From NCBI GenBank assembly GCA_038316435.1, contig JBBQAQ010000015.1, positions 9,384 to 73,383 on the forward strand: DNA of 64,000 nucleotides, given 5' to 3'. This document shows positions 57,810 to 64,000 of this stretch, in pieces. Each line of letters begins with the position of its first letter. Positions within the stretch are counted from its first letter, which is position 1. Under the pieces are notes generated by a model. That model made no database searches. It saw only the letters and a list, made by a program, of their open reading frames with translations, and was not told the origin of the DNA. The position numbers were made by a program, and so were the translations under genes. This stretch comes from Bacteroidales bacterium (lineage in GTDB: Bacteria; Bacteroidota; Bacteroidia; Bacteroidales; GCA-2748055).

Positions 57810-59279
57810 TTAAACCTTTAGTTGGTTTTCAGCATTTCTGACACTTTTCCTTACTCCTGTATTTCCGCCTTGAGTAAGATTAATATCAACAACCTGATTG
57901 GTTTTAAAAGCCCCGCAAGTAAAATCAGGTATTTGAATCGAGTTTGACCGATTAGAAACCGACCACTCGCTTAGAGGTGCAATACTGCTCCACAAGGCAG
58001 CGTCGTAAACATCTTCATCCAGGGGAAGTCCGTTACGCAAACAATCAATAAGACGCCAGTCCATCATGAAATCCATGCCACCATGTCCGCCAATTTCTTT
58101 TGCCATGCTTCCAAGTTTTTTCACAATTTCAGGTGAATATTGCTCCTGAAGTTCGGCCATCTTTATTTCTTCGATCCATTCGTGTCCCTGAGCAATTTTT
58201 CCCGGCTCAGGGTATTTAACAGCAATTCCTTTTGTTCCGCTAATCAGGTGAATCCTTGAATATGGCCTAGGTGAGGTAACGTCATGCTGTATCATCATGG
58301 TTTTACCTTTTAAAGTCCTGATAAGGCTTGTATTCATATTCCCTCTATATCCATTAGTAGCAAATTCTTTATAGAATGCGTCTTCTTTAGCAAGATCACC
58401 TGCCATCTGGGCCATCTGAAAATCATTCGTTGACATGGAGGTAAGATATTCCATCCGGTCGCCGCGATTTATGTTCAAAGCCTGACAAACAGGACCCAAA
58501 CCATGAGTTGGATAAAGATTTCCATTTCTCAACTGATTTTCTCGTAACCTCCACATTTCTGTATATCCTTCTTTACTGAAATTCAGCTCCCTGAGATCAT
58601 GTAAATAGGCTGCTTCAACATGACTAAGTTCCCCGAAGAAGCCTTGTCTGGCCATATTTAATGTCATTAATTCAAAAAAGTCATAACAACAGTTTTCCAG
58701 CATCATGCAGTGTTTTTTTGTACGCTCTGATGTTTCAACCAATTGCCAGGCTTCTTCAATAGTAGTAGCTGCAGGTACTTCAGAGGCTGCGTGCTTGCCG
58801 TTTTCCATAGCGAATACTGCCATCGGAGTATGTAATTTCCAGGGTGTGCAGATGTAAACCAGATCAATTTCATTACTCAGACACAATTCTTTCCATGCGT
58901 CTTTACTTCCTCCATAAGCCTTTGCGGGAGGCAAGCCATAATCAGTCAGAACTTTTTGCGTGTTCTCTACCCTGTCCATTCTCTCATCACACAATGCTTT
59001 AATTTCCACTCCTTCAATATTTGCAATTCTTTCTACTGCGCCGGGACCGCGCATTCCGAGTCCAATGAATCCGATTCTAACGACATCCAGCTTGGGGGCG
59101 CCATAACCGCTCATGTTAAAAAGCTGAGAGTGCGATTTCTTTGCTGCTTCCTCAATAAAAGCTAAAGTGCTTTCCTGTGGCTTATTATCTTTTGAAATAC
59201 ACGATGACAGTGCCCCTGTGAATACTCCGGCACTAGCAATACCGGCAACTTTGAAAAAATTTCTTCTTGAAGAGTTCAT
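57810..59279 (-). CDS. Tat-exported Gfo/Idh/MocA-fold NAD-dependent enzyme, GH109 (alpha-N-acetylgalactosaminidase)-like
   Basis: The twin-arginine signal is SRRNFFKVAGIASAG. The Rossmann N-terminus is VRIGFIGLGMRG. The stretch ...MMLENCCY...FGEL.H.E.AY.HDLR resembles GH109. Confidence 0.7.
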   Translation of the reverse strand: MNSSRRNFFKVAGIASAGVFTGALSSCISKDNKPQESTLAFIEEAAKKSHSQLFNMSGYGAPKLDVVRIGFIGLGMRGPGAVERIANIEGVEIKALCDERMDRVENTQKVLTDYGLPPAKAYGGSKDAWKELCLSNEIDLVYICTPWKLHTPMAVFAMENGKHAASEVPAATTIEEAWQLVETSERTKKHCMMLENCCYDFFELMTLNMARQGFFGELSHVEAAYLHDLRELNFSKEGYTEMWRLRENQLRNGNLYPTHGLGPVCQALNINRGDRMEYLTSMSTNDFQMAQMAGDLAKEDAFYKEFATNGYRGNMNTSLIRTLKGKTMMIQHDVTSPRPYSRIHLISGTKGIAVKYPEPGKIAQGHEWIEEIKMAELQEQYSPEIVKKLGSMAKEIGGHGGMDFMMDWRLIDCLRNGLPLDEDVYDAALWSSIAPLSEWSVSNRSNSIQIPDFTCGAFKTNQVVDINLTQGGNTGVRKSVRNAENQLKV

Positions 59280-59345
59280 TGGATTATATCTTAGAGTTTA
59301 AATATGATTATGGCAGAAACTAACTTATTATCTGCAAATTACTCG

Positions 59346-60920
59346 TTACACAATTCGTTTTTCAATCGGATCCCATTCAACCCTCCGCTTTTCAACGTAC
59401 GATCTGTGCGCCATTATACTCGTAACTCCCTCTTCAAATGCTCTTTCAATATTTGCGCTGGGAATGCCACCGTTACGTATACAATCTATCCATTCTTTTA
59501 GATGGAGATGAACAATGTCAACTTCCCGGCCATTCACATAGGTTTTATCAAGTCCCCTTTCTGCATAATACCTTGCTGTAGCGGATGTTATGGCATCCAC
59601 TTTGCCATTTCCAGGTTTAATATATAGCATCGGACCTGCTGAAGAGATTTTCCCGTTTTCCATCTGTTCTTTGTACCGAAGTGATTCCCTGTCGGCTGTT
59701 ACTTTTAACGATGCTCCCAGTTCCATAAATCCATCATTTCCCATAAAAACCCGGCCTCTGTCTTTACTTGAGGCAAGGTTTCCACTGTATGTCAAAGTGA
59801 GGTTTTTATCGGGATATTCAAAAACTACATTAAGCACATCGGCCATATCCCTTCCATCTTTCCAAAAATAGATACCTCCTGAAGCAACCGCAGATTTGGG
59901 AATTCCAATTCTCAGAAGCTGGTTTACAGCATCATATTCGTGGGAGAACAATTGACCGATCAAGCCTGTATCATAATCGAAATATTTTGTCCAGTTATAG
60001 AATCGTTCAATATTAAAAGGGACATTAGGCTTTGATCCCAGCCATTGCTCCCAGTCGATTGTGTTTTCATCACCGGGTTTGATCTTGCCGCTTTTATCAA
60101 GGTGTCTGATCCATGCGCCATCAGCAGAATTTCTGTTTGATGTGGTTTCAACATGAGTGATTTTTCCCAGGATATCTTTATTGATAATATCTTTTGCCTG
60201 ACGGAACACCGCGTTCTGTGGAATCTGATGTCCCAACTGATAAACGCATTTGCTTGATGTAACAGCCTTATATAAGGTGTTTAACTCTTCCTCATTCATT
60301 GCTACACCTTTCTCACAGTAAACATGTTTACCTGCTTTTATTGCCTCTGTGGCGATTGTTGCATGATGATGATCAGGAGTAGCAATAATTACAGCGTCAA
60401 TATTTTTGTCGTCGAGCATTTCACGAAAGCTGCGATAACGTTTGACTTTGTAGTCTGACGTAGGCAAAACTCCCGGACAATCTTTACTCCCGGCAATGGC
60501 AAGTCCTTTTTCAGCATGCAGATCAAACACATCACATATACCAGTTATGGTCACATTCAGATTTTCCTGTAGCATGTAATTTTCAAAGCTATCGTTTGCT
60601 TTCATACTTTCCACCCTTGAAGAATTTATGAAACCTAAAGCTTTTGAAAGGTCTTGTGCCCGGTTACCAAATCCGATGAATCCAATGCGAAGCATTGTCT
60701 CATCGGACTTTGTTTTTGCTCTTATCACATAAGGTTCATTTATCCCAGTAAGACCAAGTTCAGAAATAAGACCGTTGCTTTTATTCTGATCAAAAGACTT
60801 TTTCTTCATGAATTCGTAAGCAAATAATCCAAGAACAGGTACCCCAACCAACGTTTTTAATACTTTTCTTCTGGGGATATTTGTCTTTTGATTATTTTCG
60901 GAATTTTCAGATTGTGACAT
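59346..60920 (-). CDS. Tat-signal-bearing Gfo/Idh/MocA family oxidoreductase
   Basis: It has an RRKVLKTL signal-like N-terminus. The Rossmann motif LRIGFIGFGNRA is present, as is DAVIIATPDHHH...A..AGKHVYCEK. Confidence 0.7.
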   Translation of the reverse strand: MSQSENSENNQKTNIPRRKVLKTLVGVPVLGLFAYEFMKKKSFDQNKSNGLISELGLTGINEPYVIRAKTKSDETMLRIGFIGFGNRAQDLSKALGFINSSRVESMKANDSFENYMLQENLNVTITGICDVFDLHAEKGLAIAGSKDCPGVLPTSDYKVKRYRSFREMLDDKNIDAVIIATPDHHHATIATEAIKAGKHVYCEKGVAMNEEELNTLYKAVTSSKCVYQLGHQIPQNAVFRQAKDIINKDILGKITHVETTSNRNSADGAWIRHLDKSGKIKPGDENTIDWEQWLGSKPNVPFNIERFYNWTKYFDYDTGLIGQLFSHEYDAVNQLLRIGIPKSAVASGGIYFWKDGRDMADVLNVVFEYPDKNLTLTYSGNLASSKDRGRVFMGNDGFMELGASLKVTADRESLRYKEQMENGKISSAGPMLYIKPGNGKVDAITSATARYYAERGLDKTYVNGREVDIVHLHLKEWIDCIRNGGIPSANIERAFEEGVTSIMAHRSYVEKRRVEWDPIEKRIV

Positions 60921-61366
60921 TTTTTTGTTAATTAATTATTCTGTAAACGTTGTGCTAAGATAGACTTTTTCCCTATTTCATTTCATTGTTGTCTGGTTAA
61001 ATATCATGAATATTCAGCAAATCCTTATAAAAAAGCACAAAGTACAGCTTGAACCTGAAGTCCTTTAGATATCCACGAAATTACCCACTGGAAAAACGAA
61101 CAATTGCCAGACTTGGCGGAAGGTTTCAGAAAACAACCATTAAGCAAATTAATTCAAAAATCCGCTATAACTGCTTGTAAAACATGCTTCAACCCCTTAA
61201 ATCAATCATCATAAATACAAGGTTTTTTTAAAAACTTGTGATACTATAAAAAATAACCTCCATTTTCTGAGGGTCATTTTACAATTGACGAAAAAAATAA
61301 AACCGTAATTGTTTCTGCTGTGCTTCATACAAGCAGAGACCCTTGGTTATGGAAAAATAGATTTCA

Positions 61367-61425
61367 GTGAGGTTTCTTCGGTTATCTTTGCGACTAATAA
61401 GTTTGCCAGTCTCTTCATCAAAACT
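61367..61425. repeat. Copy A of a diverged ~58-bp direct repeat
   Basis: GTGAGGTTTCT...GCGACTAATAAGTTTGCC..TCTCT.CAT.AAAACT is about 81% identical to copy B by my manual alignment. Confidence 0.5.
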
Positions 61426-61590
61426 GCAGTCAGGTTTTGAATGGTATCGGCGGCTATCCTTTTTTTTATTATTCAGCTCGTTATCGCCTCTCTTAACAGC
61501 CTAATCCTTATATACAACTTTGAATGGATATTAGAAGTACTGATAGTGTAGGTGCATTCAATGTGGCTGTTGGAGTCCATTTAACCGTCA

Positions 61591-61829
61591 TTATTTTAAT
61601 TTAAATTTTGCTTTTGCTTCTTTCATCACATCTGCATGTGCCAATAAATCGCCATTATCTGCTTCAACGATTCCTTTATCGATGGCGATCTTTTCTGCCT
61701 GACTTAAAAATCCCACGAGTCTATTGCTTTTTCTTTTTTCAAAACATCCTCAACCTTTTCAAGAATAGAGGCTTTTTCGGTATTTAAAATAAGTTGAACC
61801 AGTTCTAGTTTTTTTGACTGTACATTCAT
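61591..61829 (-). pseudogene. Small addiction-module antitoxin gene disrupted by a 1-nt deletion in a homopolymer
   Basis: Frame 1 gives MNVQSKKLELVQLILNTEKASILEKVEDVLKKEKAIDSWDF followed by a stop. The next frame continues (G)FLSQAEKIAIDKGIVEADNGDLLAHADVMKEAKAKFKLK followed by a stop. The shift lies at the A5 run at 61706-61710, and a 6th base would restore ...WDFLSQAEK.... The stop overlaps a downstream ATG (TAATG) that opens MTVKWTPTA.... Confidence 0.5.
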
Positions 61830-61920
61830 GGTTGATTTCATTTACATTACAAATTTAGCATATAAATACATATTTGGATCGGGAAATATAGACTTATTAA
61901 CCTTGCCAATTAAAATCTCG

Positions 61921-61978
61921 GTGAGGTTTCTCCATTAATCCATGCGACTAATAAGGTTGCCGATCTCTGCATGAAACT
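61921..61978. repeat. Copy B of the ~58-bp direct repeat
   Basis: GTGAGGTTTCT...GCGACTAATAAGGTTGCC..TCTCT.CAT.AAACT lies 49 nt downstream of the permease stop. Confidence 0.5.
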
Positions 61979-62026
61979 ATATCAAGATAACCAAAGTTAT
62001 TATAAACATAAGGGATTGGAAAACGC

Positions 62027-63484
62027 TTAATCCTGTTCCATAGTTTTTATTCCACCCAGACTTTTCTTTCTTAAAAAATATACCGGAATGCCTAGTAAAA
62101 CAATGATCAGTCCAGGCCAGGTATACATTGGTTTATAAATTAAGAGTATCACCATAATAAAGGTAGCCGCAATCACGTAAATTGCAGGAATAACAGGATA
62201 ACCAAAGGCTTTATAGGGTCGTTCCGCATCGGGTCGTTTTACCCTGAGAATAAAGATTCCCAGTATTGTCATCACATAAAAAATGAGCACTGCAAAAACC
62301 ACATAATCCAAAAGATTTCCGTAGGTGCCCGAAAGGCAAAGTAAGCTGGCCCAAACCGACTGTGTGATCAATCCAAAAGCCGGGACACTCCTTGAATTCA
62401 GCACTGCAGCTTGCTTGAAAAACAATCCATGTATAGCCATGGCATAATACACTCTTGCGCCGGAAAGAATCAGGCCATTATTGCATCCGAAAGTTGAAAT
62501 AACAATAAACATTGCCATTATAATCTCCGCGTATTCCCCGAATAATCCAAACATTGAAGCTGTTCCCAAACGATCATTACTTGCAAACTGCATTCCTCTT
62601 TCAAATACAGTAAGTCCATCAGGGGTTCCTCTTAAAGGCATCACCTGAATATAAACTAGATTCGAAAGAAAATAGAGAATCATCACGGTAGCAGTACCAA
62701 TAAGCAGACTCAAGGGAATATTTCTTTTTGGGTTAACGACTTCCCCTGCTGCAAAAGTTATATTATTCCATGCATCGGATGAAAACAATGAGCCTACCAT
62801 TGAGGTGGCAATGGCTGCTATTAATGCAAATCCAGTTAAAGAAACCAATTGTCCGTTCTCCATTCTGGCTGCCTGCCAGAAAATTTTCGAATTCACTTCC
62901 ATGGCGTCTCTATTGTTTGCAAAGAAAAGTCCTGCAACAAGAAAAGCAAGCAATATTCCAACTTTCGAAAAGGTAAATGTATTCTGAACGCTCTTCCCTG
63001 CCTTGATTCCCCGGGTGTTGATCCATGTAAGTAAGCCTATTGATCCGATTGCCGCAAAGTGAACTGTATTGAACTTAATAAAACCAACTTCAAGCCAGAT
63101 ATTACTTTCCGAAAACCAGGGAAATAATACGCCAAGGAATTTCGCAAATGCCATTGCCACTGCAGCAATTGTACCGGTTTGTATAACAGTGAAAAGTGTC
63201 CAACCATATAGAAACCCAGCCAAAGGATTATAGGCTTCCCTTAGATACACGTACTGACCGCCGGCTTGTGGCATCATAGCTGCAAGCTCTCCATAACTAA
63301 GGGCCGCAATCACTGTCATTAGGGCAGTAATAACCCAGGCTACCATAAGCCATCCGGGGGAACCGAGTGTACGAGCCATATCGGAACTTACAATAAATAT
63401 TCCCGAGCCAATAACTGAGCCTATTACCAGTGAGGTACTGTCAAATAAGCCAAGGCTTTTTTTGAATGTTTTTGATGTGTCCAA
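62027..63484 (-). CDS. APC superfamily amino acid permease
   Basis: The 485-aa protein has about 12 TM helices. The N-terminus is LGLFDSTSLVIGSVIGSGIF. The only start upstream of TM1 is the TTG at 63482-63484. Confidence 0.9.
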   Translation of the reverse strand: MDTSKTFKKSLGLFDSTSLVIGSVIGSGIFIVSSDMARTLGSPGWLMVAWVITALMTVIAALSYGELAAMMPQAGGQYVYLREAYNPLAGFLYGWTLFTVIQTGTIAAVAMAFAKFLGVLFPWFSESNIWLEVGFIKFNTVHFAAIGSIGLLTWINTRGIKAGKSVQNTFTFSKVGILLAFLVAGLFFANNRDAMEVNSKIFWQAARMENGQLVSLTGFALIAAIATSMVGSLFSSDAWNNITFAAGEVVNPKRNIPLSLLIGTATVMILYFLSNLVYIQVMPLRGTPDGLTVFERGMQFASNDRLGTASMFGLFGEYAEIIMAMFIVISTFGCNNGLILSGARVYYAMAIHGLFFKQAAVLNSRSVPAFGLITQSVWASLLCLSGTYGNLLDYVVFAVLIFYVMTILGIFILRVKRPDAERPYKAFGYPVIPAIYVIAATFIMVILLIYKPMYTWPGLIIVLLGIPVYFLRKKSLGGIKTMEQD

Positions 63485-64000
63485 ATTCTTTAATAATTAA
63501 GATTTACTTCATCCTAAGACTTAATCTTTCATTCACACAAATATAGAATCAAAAAGCAATATGAAACCCATATGTTTCGAAAAACACAACCTAGCGTAGC
63601 GCTCTTATAGCCTGCCCCGTTACTTCGGGGAGTGCCAGCGAATAAACATCCTGGTAGCTCATAAAATCGGCGAGTCGGGTTTTATGGTATATAGTGACGC
63701 CAAGTAATCTTGCGCTTTAATTCTCCTCTTCACGATTAATTCTTTTATTCCCATATTTATGAGTCGAGCCAATGCAAAAAAACATTTCGTTCGATTTTTT
63801 ACATTGTGAAAAAGTAAATTATTATTTACCTTTGAATCCAAGTTATTAAAGTATTTTCTTGATGAAATGCTCTGAACTATACCGACTGCTGATTAAAGAT
63901 GGCTAGTATCCTAAATTGCAAAGTGGATCTCATGTGAAAATGAAACATGATAAAAAGACAGGAATAATGAAATTAATCGAACGCCGAAAATAAACCGTAA

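Noticed and set aside
60921-61366. Possible plus-strand gene starting MNIQQILIKKHKVQLEPEVL at about 61006, continuing in another frame as …DIHEITHWKNEQLPDLAEGFRKQPLSKLIQKSAITACKTCFNPLNQSS.
   Set aside because: It is broken by a stop and a frame change after 20 codons, and I cannot assign either piece to a family. I left it as part of the degenerate region rather than calling a pseudogene.
63485-63760. Lysine (L-box) or glycine riboswitch upstream of the permease.
   Set aside because: Some short strings (CGCCGA, CUGG, AAAACCC) recall the L-box, but their order and the missing GAGGCGC, GAAAGGGG and CUGUCA blocks do not fit. The glycine consensus (CACCGAAGGGGCAA type) is also absent. I kept it only as an unassigned structured leader.
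63659-63841. Tracked 60-aa minus-strand ORF in the permease upstream region.
   Set aside because: The translation is Asn/Lys/Leu-rich, and it overlaps the predicted structured leader and promoter region. It has no motif.
1-64000. CRISPR arrays, rRNA or tRNA genes, an intact IS or integrase, prophage or conjugative modules, and known defence systems.
   Set aside because: I saw none while reading both strands. The only mobile or defence-related sequences are the short remnants and the MITE-like element reported above.

Overview
The window looks like chromosomal DNA from a member of the Bacteroidota. It is AT-rich by eye. Markers supporting the phylum call are a T9SS type-B sorting domain, a DUF4492-cydAB operon, the parA-parB-DUF5683-lytic transglycosylase order, a Fib_succ_major-type lipoprotein, and alternative complex III plus a caa3 oxidase.

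Most of the window is housekeeping. This includes murA (5'-truncated), grpE-dnaJ, an ABC-2 exporter, ppx, a sigma-54 activator, parAB, cysE-cysK, pssA, thyA-folA, gdhA and several transporters. A roughly 22 kb respiratory block sits at 27.4-49.3 kb. It carries cytochrome bd with an untracked CydX-like peptide, an A2-type caa3 oxidase operon (SCO1-I-III-IV-II-ctaB), and actABCDEF for alternative complex III.

I found no rRNA, tRNA, CRISPR array, intact IS element or prophage.

The seams between the housekeeping operons hold a notable number of decayed accessory genes. These are three toxin-antitoxin modules with nonsense or frameshift lesions, a RAYT/IS200-like transposase C-terminal fragment, and an internally deleted Asp/Glu racemase. 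A BlaR1-like sensor is also split from its TonB-like C-terminal domain. A 124-bp palindromic MITE-like insertion with a 10-bp target duplication lies upstream of parA.

I do not see a clearly novel multi-gene system. The best candidate for uncharacterised biology is a very tightly packed 7-gene ECF-sigma operon (22.3-27.2 kb) encoding unassignable secreted or outer-membrane proteins. Smaller items are a structured minus-strand leader in front of an APC permease, a MurA with Asp at the fosfomycin-target position, a DNA-binding-domain-less sigma-54 activator, and a six-CxxCH ActA. All family assignments come from reading motifs in the translations. No database search was run.
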